DNA from: Octopus vulgaris
Lineage: Eukaryota
Assembly (NCBI GenBank): GCA_951406725.2
Contig: OX597839.1
Location: 11,036,001-11,100,000, forward strand
Direction of reading: 5' to 3'
Length of the DNA stretch: 64,000 nt
Positions 37,573 through 52,150 of the stretch are shown here, piece after piece (position 1 is the first letter of the stretch; every line of letters begins with the position of its first letter). Made by a program: the position numbers and the translations under genes. The notes under the pieces were generated by a model, which was not told the origin of the DNA, made no database searches, and saw only the letters and a list, made by a program, of their open reading frames with translations.

Positions 37573-38242
37573 TTAAAGCTTGGTTTGAATAGATGATATG
37601 TAGAAGGTACTTCTTTCAGATGCTATGCAAACGGATTGAACCTTGGACCTCACAATTATGAAGTACACATCGTAAGTGCTCAACCACGCCTGCACCATAC
37701 GCACACAAGCTGGTCTACCTACCATCCATCCACATACCATATCACACAATATGTGTGTGAATGAATGTTTACATTTATTTATTTATGATCATATATATAT
37801 ATATATATATAGGCATGTGTATATAAATGTGTTTATGTCTATATACACACATGTATATTTGTGTTTGTGTGTCATGTATACAGATGTGTGTTTGTTGAAG
37901 TTATAAAACATAAAAAGATATCATTTGATTGTTTGGTGAGAAACGTTTGGGTAACAGTATACTGTGTTTAGCTTAAAATATCAATGAATAGGATAAACTC
38001 TCTTACATATTCATATGGGGCTTGAGAATGGTACACTGCATTCCACAGGATATGTGGTGTGTAAATGAATGCCTGCCTATGTGTAAACTTTTTGTATCAT
38101 CATTTTACATTTGTTCTTCCATGGTAGCATGTGTTGCCAGCATGAAAAATAAAGGAATATATATATATATATATATATTTTGTACTCCATGTAAATATAC
38201 ATCTCAAGCCTAGCAGTGTTTATCTGCTTGTGTGTGTGTGTG

Positions 38243-39330
<1,088 letters not shown>

Positions 39331-39354
39331 GTGTGTGTGTATGTATAATGTATA

Positions 39355-39522
39355 TAGTTTCGGGTGGTCTAGAGGACTGTTGCTCTGGAGTTTCCACAGC
39401 TTATAGCTGCTTCTTCAGGCAAGCGATTGCATACTGTGGTAACTCCAGGGTAACAGGCCTCTGGACTCACTTTACATTTGCATTGAATATTTTTATGGAT
39501 TGTTACATAACAATAAACGTGT
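39355..39522. mobile_element. Penelope-like fragment with inverted arms and a degenerate hammerhead
   Basis: 33-bp inverted arms 39367-39399 and 39434-39466 (5 mismatches); minus strand CUGAAGA (39418-39412)-stem II-GAAA (39394-39391). Confidence 0.55.
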
Positions 39523-39662
39523 TGACACACACACACACACCGATGTATCATATGTGTGTGCGCATGCGTGTGTGCATACAGAGAGAGAGCGATGTATGTG
39601 TGTGTGTGTATTTAAGTATTTACGTTTGTGTTATATCAATCTGGATATGTATTTTCTATGTA

Positions 39663-40069
39663 GGAGTGGCTGTGTGGTAAGTAGCTTGTTTACCAACCAC
39701 ATGGTTCCGGGTTCAGTCCCACTGCGTGACACCTTGGGCAAGTGTCTTCTACTATAGCCTCGGGCCGACCAAAGCCTTGTGAGTGGATTTGGTAGATGGA
39801 AACTGAAAGAAGCCCGTCGTATATATGTGTATATATATGTGTGTGTATATGTTTGTGTGTCTGTGTTTGTCTCCCTAGCATTGCTTGACAACCGATGCTG
39901 GTGTGTTTACGTCCCCGTAACTTAGCGGTTCGGCAATAGAGACCGATAGAATAAGTACTGAGCTTACACAAAGAATAAGTCTCGGGGTCGAGTTGCTTGA
40001 CTAAGGGTGGTGCTCCAGCATGGCCGCAGTCAAATGACTGAAACAAGTAAAAGAGAGAGCGAGAGAGAG
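39663..40069 (+). mobile_element. SINE-A, young, with a long TSD
   Basis: TATATCAATCTGGATATGTATTTTC at 39632-39656 and 40070-40094. Confidence 0.93.
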
Positions 40070-40377
40070 TATATCAATCTGGATATGTATTTTCCATGTA
40101 TATACATGTAATTTCTGCAATAGCTTTATTGATTGAGGTTTTCTCCGCTCCCTCAGCCTCATCTCCCCCTAACCTCACCACATCTCTCTCTCTCTCTATC
40201 TCTCCCCCCTCTCTATCTCTCCCTCTCTCTCTCAAGATATGTTCCATATTGATAGAACTGTCAGTCATCATTCCTAACCGAACAACAGTTCCTACCAGTT
40301 TGTAGTAACACTATATATATTACAGACTATCATGTTATATAGACAAAGAACTTCTTAATATCTTTATAATCCCCACA

Positions 40378-40408
<31 letters not shown>

Positions 40409-41467
40409 CCTCTCAAACTCTTTCATTTATTTTTTTACTTCCTTCTCATGTTCTTTTCCTTATTCTTTCTTATATCATTCTTTGTCTTTTGTCCTTTTTT
40501 ATGTCTTTTATTTCTCCTTTTTACTTCTGTCTTTCCTCCTCCTCCTCTTTTTTTTTTCTTCCACTGCTTCCTTCTTTGTTTTTCTTTCCTTCATCTGTCT
40601 TCTTACTCTTTCTTTCTTGCTTTGCTTTCTTCTTCTTTGTCTTCCCCTTCCTTCATTCTCTGTCTCCAGGAATATTTGTTTATAAAAGGATACCAAAAAA
40701 GAAAAAAAAAGGAAAAAGAAAATCAAAACAAAACAAAAGTTTATTTCCTGTCTTTTTTTTTTTGTTTTTTTCATGAAATTTTATCTCAAACTGTAATGTC
40801 TTGCTGTACTTTTCACTTGCAGATATTAATGTTCTAAATATAGAGGTTAAGGCTGCAATTTTGGTTGGTTCTTAGGGTTTATGTAGAATTTAAATGGCAT
40901 ATTTTATCAAAAACTAACAAGAACCACATTTTTTTCTAATACAATATCTGTAGATGTTAAATGTTGTTTTGAAAATAACACAATTATTCTTGATTTTAGT
41001 GGGGATTTCTTAGATTTTTACTTACTTCTGTTGATTGTTATTCTTTTGGTTTAAAGAAACAGATGTTTTGCTGTTTATCATTGGAATCATAACACACACA
41101 CACACACACTCTCTCTCTCTCTCTCTCTCTCTCACATGCACACATGTGCACAAGCAAAAACTTCACTCACTCACACCAATGAGAGGCCTTTTTGTGGTTG
41201 CTCAAACTGCTAGAAATTGCAGCTAAATCGCTATTGAGTTAGAGCTTGCTGTCTTAACTGAGGAGGGATATAGCCTGGTCCCCGTTATATATGAAAACTG
41301 GGATGGTTTTCATTGGAACAACTTTGATCATGGCTTAGTTGGATCTGGACTAACCCAGGGTTAAACACCAATTCTTTGACACAAATTCTTTGGTGGCTGG
41401 TCATCATCATTCAAGGAGGAAAGTGTAATGTGAGTTGATGGCATTCATGCTTGATAGTGTTTATCAT

Positions 41468-41803
41468 TATCTTTTATTTGTCTCAGCCATTAGAATGCAG
41501 CCATGCTGGGGCACCATGTTGAAGAATTGTAGTCAAATGAATCTACCCCATTTTTCTTTTAAAGCCTGGTACTTATTTTATCATTCTGTTTTGCTGAACT
41601 ACTAAGTTACGGGGGATGTAAGCATACCAATACTGATTGTCAAGTGGTGGTGGGGAACAGACATACACTCACAAAATATACAACAGACTTCTTTCAGTTT
41701 CCATCTACCAAATCCACTCACAAGGCTTTTGGTTGGCCATGTATTGGGGCTGAACCTGAAACCATGTGGGAAGCAAACTTCTTACCACACACACAGCCAC
41801 GCC
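41468..41803 (-). mobile_element. SINE-A, older
   Basis: Alignable tail and head with an internal deletion. Confidence 0.75.
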
Positions 41804-42891
41804 TTTTTTTCCCCATTAGTTTTTAGTCAACCACACTGCCCCCTGCAGTAACTTTGTGTTAGAGATCTTGCAGGTATGATGTATAAAAGTAAGCATGTTG
41901 CATTGCTGGTGTGCTGAGGTACTACATTCAAAGGTTTAGTCAATCATATTTGACCCCGTCCCAAGGAAGACCTATTTTTACATCTGGTACTTATTTTAAT
42001 GATGTCTATTTGTTGAATTACCAAGTTACAGGTCATAAACAAACAAATAAAATCTCTCTCTCCCTCTCTCAAGATGAATACCAGTGTCGTGGTCTTATGG
42101 TATATCCACACTAAGAGGTACAGAATGTTATTCTGAACCAATACTGCTTCTGTCACTAATAACACACACACATGAATATACACACACACACACACATGCA
42201 CGCGCGTGCACGGCAGACTTCATGCGTTCCATCTACGAAATTTCATTCACATAGTGTTGGTTGACCTGAGGTGACACTTTCCCAAGGTGCCATGTCGAAG
42301 GAGTGAACTCAAAATGCTGTATTGTAAAGCAAATTTCTTAGCTATGTGGTCATGCTTTTTCTTTCCCCCACCCCCCTATTTTTAGTCTCTCTGAAAGGTT
42401 AAAATGGAAAGCTGGTGGTTCATCAGGATTTGAACTTCAAAATCTGGCATTCGAACTTCTGCAGCATCCTCAGCCAATTTCATGCTGTTACAAGATAGAT
42501 ACCTACCTTTTGGGTTGCCTTGTTGGGTTTTGGTCATCCTGCTCCCAGATGCTCAAGTAGCTCTTATCCTTTTTCCATCACCCCCTGTTCCCTTCTACTT
42601 CTTTTCCTGCACATAGGCCAGGCATGACACTACCTTGATTCACTCCCTGTCTCTTGGGGGATTTCATTTAATATTTACAGCCCAGAGAGGAAATAGTTTG
42701 ATAAATTGATTAAAATCTCCTTAATTGCCCTGCCTCCCCCTTTTTCCTGTTTGATAAGAATGGGGAAACAAAATATTGCCAGAAACCCCTCAATCTGCTG
42801 GAGTTTCTAACCTCCCTGCCTTTCTATCTATGTTTCTTTCCCTCTATCTGTCTGTCTGCCTCTCTCTCTCTCTCCTCTCTCTCCCTCTTTC

Positions 42892-42944
<53 letters not shown>

Positions 42945-43229
42945 TTGATGTGGTTCTTTAGTTTACCCCTGGTAGCTGTGACTTTTTTTTTGAAATTATA
43001 TTTCAAAAACACTAATTTTATTACAGCTTGTTTTTTAGTTGCTGGCATCCATTGAACAAATGGTTCTTGTTTTTTTTTCTGCTTTTTTTTTTCTTTTGCT
43101 TTTTTTTTTTTCCTTTCCAAAGTCCATCACATCAGTTTTTGGTTGAGCTGATTTCATTGCTAAAAACACTAATATACATCCCTACATGCATGTGTGTGTG
43201 TGTGTGTGTGTGTGTCTACATGTATGTAA

Positions 43230-43491
43230 AAACATGCACGTACACACACTTGTATATATACACATATACATGTGTGTATATGTATGTAAATTCATACACA
43301 TACACACTGAAACATGTTTATATACACATGCATACACACACACACACACACATATATACATACATGTGTGTATATATATACATTTACATACATATACATC
43401 ATCATCATCATCATCATTTAGCGTCCGTTTTCCATGCTAGCATGGGTTGGACGGTTTATACATGTATACATATATAAAAACGTGTGTGCAT

Positions 43492-43539
<48 letters not shown>

Positions 43540-43987
43540 ACACACACATATTTACATATGCCTATACACACCACACTTAAACATGTTTATATACACATGC
43601 ATACATACACACACACATATACATACATGTATGTATATATATACATTTATGTATGTATATATATACATTTACATACATATACATACACGTGTATACATAT
43701 ATAAAAACGTGTGTGCGTGGATATATATATATATAAACACACACACATTTATATACACATGCATACATACACACACACATATACATACATGTGTGTATAT
43801 ATATACATTTACATACATACATATGTATACATATATAAAAACGTGTGTGCGTGGATATATATATATAAACACACACACATACATTTACATATGCACACCA
43901 CACTTAAACATGTTTATATACACATGCATACATACACACACACATACATGTATGTATACATATATAAAAACGTGTGTGCGTGGAGAT

Positions 43988-44039
<52 letters not shown>

Positions 44040-44160
44040 TATGTATATGTTTGTATGTATGCATGTGTGTATAAACATGTTTAAGTGTGTATGTATTTAC
44101 ATACATACATATATATATAAACACACACACACACATATTTACATATGCATATACACACAC
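43230..44160. repeat. Microsatellite-derived minisatellite
   Basis: Unit containing GTATACATATATAAAAACGTGTGTGC(G/A)TGGA recurs near 43464, 43690, 43825 and 43954; CACACTTAAACATGTTTATA blocks, one of them inverted near 44070. Confidence 0.85.
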
Positions 44161-45062
44161 AACAAAAGAAATCTACAAAACGTGAAAAAACTCCTCTGCA
44201 AGAATCAATGAAACAATTTATCAAATTCTTTCTTTCTTTCTTTCTTCTTCTTTTTCTTCTTCCTTTCCTTTTCTTCTAACTCACATGTTAATATCGAATC
44301 CATCATTTTTGACATTTCTCTCCGAGTGAATTTTATTTCTATTTTACTTCTCTAATTACATGTCTTTTTGAATTTTTCAACCACTTCCCGCTGATTAATA
44401 ACTTTTCTTCCATATACAAATATAATTATGGGAAAATTTCATTTTATCTCTCTCTCTCTCTGTATTTCTTTTTCTTCTTTTTCCTTATTTCCTTTATACA
44501 AAAATCAATATTTATCTTGAATTGTCATAATTCTTCTACGATGCTTTCAAGGTATATTGTCTTGATCATAACGTATGAAGTACCTACTGTTGTAATCATG
44601 TATCTCTACAGACTATTGTTACGTATAATTAGTTCTTTGCTCTGTTTTCTTTTTCTTTTTTTTTTTATTTAATATTCATTTTATTTGTATTTTTATTTTA
44701 TTGTTTGTCTCATTTCTTTGTTGTGTGTTGTTTTTTTTTTTATCTCTTTATTAATATTTTCATTATGCAAATGTTATGAATTTTTAAATAGATAGAATTA
44801 TTATTATTTCTTTTTCTTTTCTTTCTCTCTTTTTCTTATTTTTCCTTCGTTTCTTGTCTTGAAAAACTATATTCCTGTAAAGTTACCGATACATAATTGT
44901 TCACTTCAGTTTTTTTTTTTGTTTTTTTTTAGAGCTATTGATCTTTTTTTCTTCTCTCTTCTCCCTTTCTACTAAACGTTTCTCTTTCTTTCTATCTTTC
45001 TATCTTAATCATCATTATTGCTATTATTGATCTAATCTTATTGAGTGTAGGTTGGGAGTGAG

Positions 45063-45100
<38 letters not shown>

Positions 45101-45959
45101 GCAGTGTGGAGTTGCTGTAAAATAAAATATAAAGTGGTTTATTTATTTATATATTTTGTTAAAGGGATAAAAATCTATAGATTTGTATTCTGTAGAAAAA
45201 CACTTGCATGCTTGATTGTTCTTACTATGAAATGAAAGCTGAATAAATTGTGTAATTTTTCTCTGAAAGATTAGAGAAAATGGTTTGATTGTGCAGTAGA
45301 GTCATTATTTTAGCGAACAGTCTACTAATTTGTACTCATCACTAAGTCAAAGCAGGTCAGACTTCAAATAATAGCTGGTCAGAAATTATTACCATGTTAA
45401 TTGTTAAGCTACCACTGTCTAAATTCTAAGTGGCGAATGACCGTTGCCACTTTGAAATGAATTAAAGTTTATTCTGTTAATACTAAATTAACTTTAGTAA
45501 ATTAACCTAATGCATGAGATGGCAGTGTCTGATGTTGTTTGAGTCCTTTGTTGAAGCTTCATTGTAAAGTATTCATCCATATAATGCCTTAGTTGTACAA
45601 GGTCCTTCATATTGGAACTGAATCTCTAAGCAGGACTGGTTAGATCTAAGCTGGTATATTAAACTAGGAGCTCAAGGAGAGGCTCATGACTAATTGCTGG
45701 GTACCTTTCCTAATAAAAGATAAATAAAAATAACCCTTATTGTTCGTTTCAGTTTTGAAGGAAACCTCCACTGTTACACACATTCACAAAATGTGAAAGC
45801 ATTCTTCTCCTTTACTGAAATTTCTCTTGGGGGCCCAGCTTTGGTAAAACCTATTTAACTTGGGTAACCCAGGGTCGACATTGGGTTGAGTCACATACAT
45901 GACTTGGCAAGCATGTGAACATTGTGGCAGGAACATTATTTTAATGCCCACTTTTCCAT

Positions 45960-46171
45960 GACTTGACAGCATTCACCTGGGGTGGGTTGAGCTGTCTTCA
46001 TTCATGCTCAATGCTGCATCTCTCACCAACGCCGACCAGCCCCGCGATTTGAGGCTAACGACCGCGTGATCTCCAACCACTCCTTATTCCAGCGGTGAAC
46101 GCCATAGATATGGGGGCCTAGGTTTGGTTCCAGATCAGCCTTGACTGTCATCAGCCAGGTTTTTCGTTGTC
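45960..46171 (-). mobile_element. RTE-clade LINE 3' fragment (lineage 3), 13-bp TSD, nested in a SINE-C tail
   Basis: Minus strand GQRKTWLMTVKADLEPNLGPHIYGVHRWNKEWLEITRSLASNR, frameshift, WSALVRDA; TSD CCCACTTTTCCAT at 45947-45959 and 46172-46184; absent from the ORF track. Confidence 0.85.
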
Positions 46172-47477
46172 CCCACTTTTCCATACTTGTGTAAGGAATT
46201 TATTGAGGTAGATTTTCTGTGACCAGATGCCTTTCTTGTCATCAACATTCAACTGTTTATTTTATTTTATAATTTCACTGATACTTAACCCACATGATCA
46301 TCATCGTACTAATTTCTCTTGTTTTAGAAATGTTTTCATTTATGATATCTTCAAGAAAGCACAAATGGTAAACTATCACAGGATACCAGTGTGTTTACAC
46401 AAAAAAATATCTATGTGCAGTGATTTAAAAACACCTTCTGCAAGCAATGCTTTCTGCTGTATTAAGAGCTCAACTAGGAATAACTATGCTGTAAAGAGGG
46501 ATAAAAAAAAATATTAGAACTAAATTTTAAATTTTGGTAGGAAGACAGCTGTGGGCAGTTTTCAGTCTTATTCTGATTTCATCAGCAAGGTATAATATTC
46601 ACTGTATTTCCTGAAGTATAATAAAAGTATCACTAAGTAATATACAAGATGATGTAGGGAATAATATAATTCCCTGTATTTTTCTCTCACATCCCCAGAG
46701 TTTGTCTAGTCTGTGCCTTTCAGTTCACATCACGCACACATATACCTTGGTGGATCATATCTAGTTTTACTGCCTACTTACTGCAGCTGTTAAAAGTTTG
46801 TTTCCCATCTCTCACTCCCCAGGCACACAAACTTCTGTTGTTAATAGTTCTTTTTTTATTTCGTCTTTTGGACCACAAAGTAACTTGTTGCTGCGTTCTT
46901 TGATTGACAACTTCATTTTGTGGTTAGGCTCACCTGTATGTCCTATGTCATTTGTTGATTTAATAAGGTTTTTCTTTTTTTTTCCCCTTCTCAGAAGCAA
47001 GGGGTAGGTAGAAAGGAATTGTGTCTTTCATTGTTTGACTTCATCCGTTCCTTTGTAAAGTCAGTCACACGGACTGTTTATTCAGCATATGCTAGATGTG
47101 TGCGGCATGACCATAAAAAAAAAGAAATGAGGAAATTACAGTTTAAAAAAACACTAACATTATTTATTGAAAAATTAAATTACTTATTTGTAATTTATTA
47201 CAATATTTCTTTCTTTTTAATTAATATTTAGGTTTCCATCTCTCACTTGCAATTTCCTTATCATAGTCTTGCAAGGAAGGGGAGAGGTAGATAAAATGGT
47301 CTATATTTTATTCGACAAGACTCTAGCTGCTGTGGATAGAATTGTTTGAGGGGAATTAAACAAATGTTATTATTACGAAGCAAATTCAGAGACTGAGTCT
47401 TCAGTGACGTAACTGACTGCAACAACAACAACAATAATAATAATAATAATAATAATGATAATAATAATAATAATAAT

Positions 47478-47834
47478 AATCCTTTCTACTGGAAGTTCAA
47501 AGTCTCAAATTTGAGGGAAGGGATTAAGTCGATTACATCAACCCCAGTGCGTAACTGGTACTTATTTAATCAACAAAGTTGACCTCAAATTTGAACTCAG
47601 AACGTAAAGACGGATGAAATACTGCTAAAGCATTTCGCCCAGCATGCTAACGATTCTGCACGATTAATTCAGAACAATAATTATAATAAAAACGGTTTCA
47701 AATTTTGGCACAAGGCCAGCAAGTTCGGGGGAGGGGGTACAGTAATTACATTGATTCTAGTTTTCAACCGGTACTTATTTTTTATCGACCCTGAAAGGAT
47801 GAACATACTGACAGACCAAATTTGCTAAGCATTT

Positions 47835-47879
<45 letters not shown>

Positions 47880-48005
47880 GTTCCAAATTTTGGCTCAAGG
47901 CCAGCAAGTTCATGGGAGAAGGTAAGTCAATTAGTGTTCAACCCTGAAAGGATGAATGGCAAAGTTGACCTCAGTGGAATTCGAACTCAGAATGCAAGGA
48001 TGGAC
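47478..48005 (-). mobile_element. Three tandem SINE-B fragments with (AAT)n tails
   Basis: Repeated AAATTTTGGC.CAAGGCCAGCAAGTTC and GAAAGGATGAA blocks separated by (AAT)n. Confidence 0.75.
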
Positions 48006-48010
48006 AAGAG

Positions 48011-48190
48011 AGCATTTAAATCGGCCATATCCAGCCGAAATATTCAATCTCTTTTATGTCTAAACCAGCCAGATATGGCCTCTCACATCATTGAAATTTT
48101 GAAGCTACAGGAAAATGCATGATTAATTCAAAACAATCTGAATAAATAAGCATTACATTTGACAGAGTAATATGAATGCTAAAAGGTCAA
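48011..48190. mobile_element. Degenerate, internally deleted family A MITE
   Basis: AGCATTTAAATCGGCCATATCC...TGCATGATTAATTCAAAACAAT...CTAAAAGG. Confidence 0.7.
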
Positions 48191-48336
48191 TGCAGCAAAC
48201 GTGCAGTGGGCTTCTGCACAATTTCCATCTACTTAATTGACTCACAAGTATACCAGTAAAACACTGCATTTGAATTATCTGGCTCTTCCGTTTACACTTC
48301 TGACTTTGTGCCTTGGCTATGAATCACTTGTGGAAT

Positions 48337-48680
48337 GCAGTGCAGCTCAATGGTTAAGATGTTTCCTTTACAATCATGAGTCCCTGGTGCAATGCCATTG
48401 CATTGCATTGAGGTGGGGAGAAACGAATATATCTACTACTATATAGCCTTAGGCAGACAAAAGCCTTGCGAGTTTAACTGGACAAGAGGAAACTGTTTGG
48501 AAGCCTTTTGGATGGATGTGGCTAAAATTCCAAGATCTTGCCTTGGTGACATTCTTTGCCATTTTCATTTTGCACATATCTGAGGAACACTTACCCACTT
48601 GACGAGCTCATTCAATGAGCAGGTGGCTCAGTTGACTGATCAACTAAATGCTCATCATCAATATCCATGGAGCTTCCATT
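48337..48680 (+). mobile_element. Old tRNA-derived SINE-like element
   Basis: Degenerate A-box AGCTCAATGG; SINE-A-like CTACTATATAGCCT...AAAGCCTTG.GAGT...GGAAACTG, followed by a different tail. Confidence 0.5.
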
Positions 48681-49279
48681 TTATTTTATGAATCATAATG
48701 TTCAGCAACCATCATGAATGTACCACAATGACATTATTCCATGCAACATGGAGACAAGCATTTTTTTTTTTTCCCCTTTCTTTTGTCCTTTTTCTCTTTT
48801 TCGTCCATTGCTGCATGGCGGAATTTTAAAATTCTAATTTCCATTGAAAATTTCCACCTGTTTGTTCATAAAATAATAAAAGTTCCATTCCAAATGTGAT
48901 ATATTATTTAAGTATTTATTTATTTTAGCTATTATTATATTATTATTATTATTTTGTTTTGGTTTCTTTGTACATATTTTCTGCATCTCAGCTGGTGGAA
49001 TATTACAAGTAAATGGAGGAGTGGTGGTGGTGGTGGTGGGGGGGACACAACACCAAACAAATAAATATATAAAAAAACAAATAAATATATAATAAACAAA
49101 TAAACATGGCGCAATCGAAACTATTTTCTTCTACTTCTCCTTTCTCTTTTCTAAATGAATGTAATTTACGTTGGAAATCTCTCCCTAGCTGCATTACTTT
49201 TGGCAATCCATGCAGTGTGGTCGACAAATTAACCTTTATTTTTTATATATTTAATTTTTTTAAGACTTAAAAGAGTATA

Positions 49280-49314
<35 letters not shown>

Positions 49315-49679
49315 ATGTGTTTTTCGGAGTGTGAAATCTATAAATTTGTGTACGGTGTGTGTTTGTGCGTACGAGTGCATGTGTGTAAAATCTATATAAT
49401 TTTTTTAATATTTTTGCATGCATGAATGTGTGTTCTTTGCTTGATATATAAGTGTATGTTCAACTGCCACAGGGCCCCCCTCCCCCTCCCCCATAAAAAG
49501 AAATTCTAAAACACAAACAACTAACGGGAAAAGAAAAGCAATTAGAAGTAATAAACCGTGTAGTGCTGCGTTAAAAAGAAAACCCCTAAAATAAAACCCA
49601 AAAAAAATCTTATCCCCAATTTCCATTGTTTCACCATTTCTGCCTGATTACCCTCTGACTAAGCTTCACTGAATTACAC

Positions 49680-49845
49680 ACACACACACACACACACACT
49701 GCATGTGTAATTCATCTGTGTGCACATGTGTTTGTGTGTGCAGATATATACGTGTCTTTACTTATACATGTATGTCTCTATATTTGTGGATATGTATTTA
49801 CATGTATGCATTTATGTATATATTTATATTCTATGAATATATATG

Positions 49846-49878
<33 letters not shown>

Positions 49879-49989
49879 CTGTGTGTATTATGTAACCTGT
49901 ATGTGTGTGTATATTTGTGAGTGTGTATGTATATGTACATAGAAGTATTTATGTATATATCTGTACATATGTAAGTGCGTGTATGTATG

Positions 49990-50037
<48 letters not shown>

Positions 50038-50127
50038 TACATACATACATACATATGTAATCTATATATGTATATATGTGGTAGTGTGTGCATATATATA
50101 TACATACATACATACATAAATATGTAA

Positions 50128-50180
<53 letters not shown>
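49680..50180. repeat. Compound (CA)/(TG)/(TA)/(ATAC) microsatellite
   Basis: Direct inspection. Confidence 0.9.
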
Positions 50181-50411
50181 AAGCATGTTCACCAATTTGA
50201 CATTCAACCGTCTCTTCTTCCACCTTACAACATTCTGTTTATTAATAAAAACCATAAAAAAAAGCAAACTGAAAAACAAAAAAAAACAAATCAGGAAATA
50301 TACAAAAATCATAGGCAAAAACCACCTTCTCTCCTTCCTCTCCTGCTCTCTCCTTTTTATTTCTATCAAATGATTTCTTTAACAAATTGATAGGAAAAAA
50401 ATCATATACAC

Positions 50412-50457
<46 letters not shown>

Positions 50458-50655
50458 ACACGCATATATAAAATTATATGTATTTGTAATTTTTACAGCT
50501 TTATCAATGCATCATGCATATATATATCTCCTGCACACATGAACGCAGCGTTCTTTCTACATGCATTCAAGTGAAATTCTCTATTAGGGCGACAACAGCA
50601 AATGGCACCGTACATATTTTATAATACACATAACAATAAAACTGATGCTACCTCT

Positions 50656-50700
<45 letters not shown>

Positions 50701-51067
50701 ACTTTCACTTTCTCTTTCTGTCCCTCTTCTAGTGCTCATTCTCTTCAACTCTTTCTCTCACTCTCTCTCTCTCATATTTGTTCTCTTTGCGTCCTTCCCT
50801 TCTCGTTTTCCCTTTTAGATCTTTTTACTCTTCTCCTGCTTCTATCTATCTTTCCTTACATCTCTCATCTATTTCCTCTTTCTTCCCCTTGTTTTCTCTT
50901 TTCTCATACTCTCTCACTCTCTCTCTCTCATCTATTTTCACTCTCAATCTCTCCCACTTTCCTCACTACTACCCCTTTTCCCTCCCTTGTCTCTCTCTGT
51001 TCATCCTTCCCTTCCTGACACCCGCCCCTTAGCCCAGTCTCCCATACATTCATTTATATACAATATA

Positions 51068-51496
51068 TCAACATGACCTGCCATAATATATTCCATGCTC
51101 TTCAATAGAAGTGTGTCACATGACCCTGCCTACTGTAGCGTATGTGTATGTATATGTTTTTTGTATGTGTGTATATATATATACATCTATGACCTGACTA
51201 CTGTGTTGAGTTTGAGACCTATCACAGACCCCTATTTGCTCTACTACACTGGCCTACTTTATTTATCCTGCTGACTTGGTGCATCACATGACCTACCTTA
51301 TACCATGTGTGTGTGCGTGTGTGTGTGATACATCATATCACATGACCTTGCTCCTGCTTGGTCTTTCTCTGGTATTTATCCCATCACCAAATTCCTCTCC
51401 AGCTTGATATCCAAGGTGATATCATTAAGCATGCAATACGACTGAGCTGAGAACGAGGTGACTGAGGATAGGGTATATCACATGATCTGGCTACTG
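51068..51496. promoter_or_regulatory. Homotypic cluster of ATCACATGACCTG-like motifs (candidate enhancer)
   Basis: Exact TCACATGA at 51116, 51284, 51338 and 51478; variants near 51068, 51188 and 51221; several are followed by C/G/A-CTACTG. Confidence 0.45.
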
Positions 51497-51730
51497 CGCA
51501 GTTTCTATGGTGATTGTACTGAGGTGATGGTGGTGGTGGTGGCGGTGATGGCAGGCTATGGAAGGCGAGAGTGTAATGTGTGTTGGGGGTGGGGGGGTTG
51601 GCGGGGAGGTATACTGCAATGTGTTTGAGTTTGTTCAGGAACCTTACTGTTGTAATATCAAATAAATAGTGAATTAGTTAATTAACTGACATTGGGGTCT
51701 CTGGACTCTGTGTTGTGTTATGAGTGAACA

Positions 51731-51769
<39 letters not shown>

Positions 51770-51945
51770 GGAATTAGAATTGACTGTGTGTGGTTTAGAT
51801 TAGGATATTTGTATAGATGTATTTGTGTGTGTGTGACTATTAAGGTGTTTGTTTGTTTATGACCGTGTGTATGTTTCTATGTGACTTAGTAGATTAGAAG
51901 TGTATGTTTGTGTGTGGTTTCAATTAGGATGTCTATGTGTGTGTG

Positions 51946-51996
<51 letters not shown>

Positions 51997-52112
51997 ACAA
52001 ATTCAGATACTTTGTATGTCTGTGTTTTGGGTGTGTGTTGCATAATTATGTGTCTTCATCAGCTGATTAGGAATGTGTGTATATTACTAACATCAGGATG
52101 TGTGTGAGTATA

Positions 52113-52150
<38 letters not shown>

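Noticed and set aside
40237-40305. Possible terminal coding exon after a (CT)n tract
   Set aside because: The pyrimidine tract is a microsatellite and the short peptides are not recognisable.
51068-51496. CRISPR-like repeat-spacer array
   Set aside because: The repeats are short and degenerate with irregular spacing, the context is eukaryotic, and there are no cas genes.
52085-52110. TACTAAC-ATCAG...GTGAGT as a microexon
   Set aside because: The branch point is too close to the AG, there is no polypyrimidine tract, and it lies in a GT-rich repeat.
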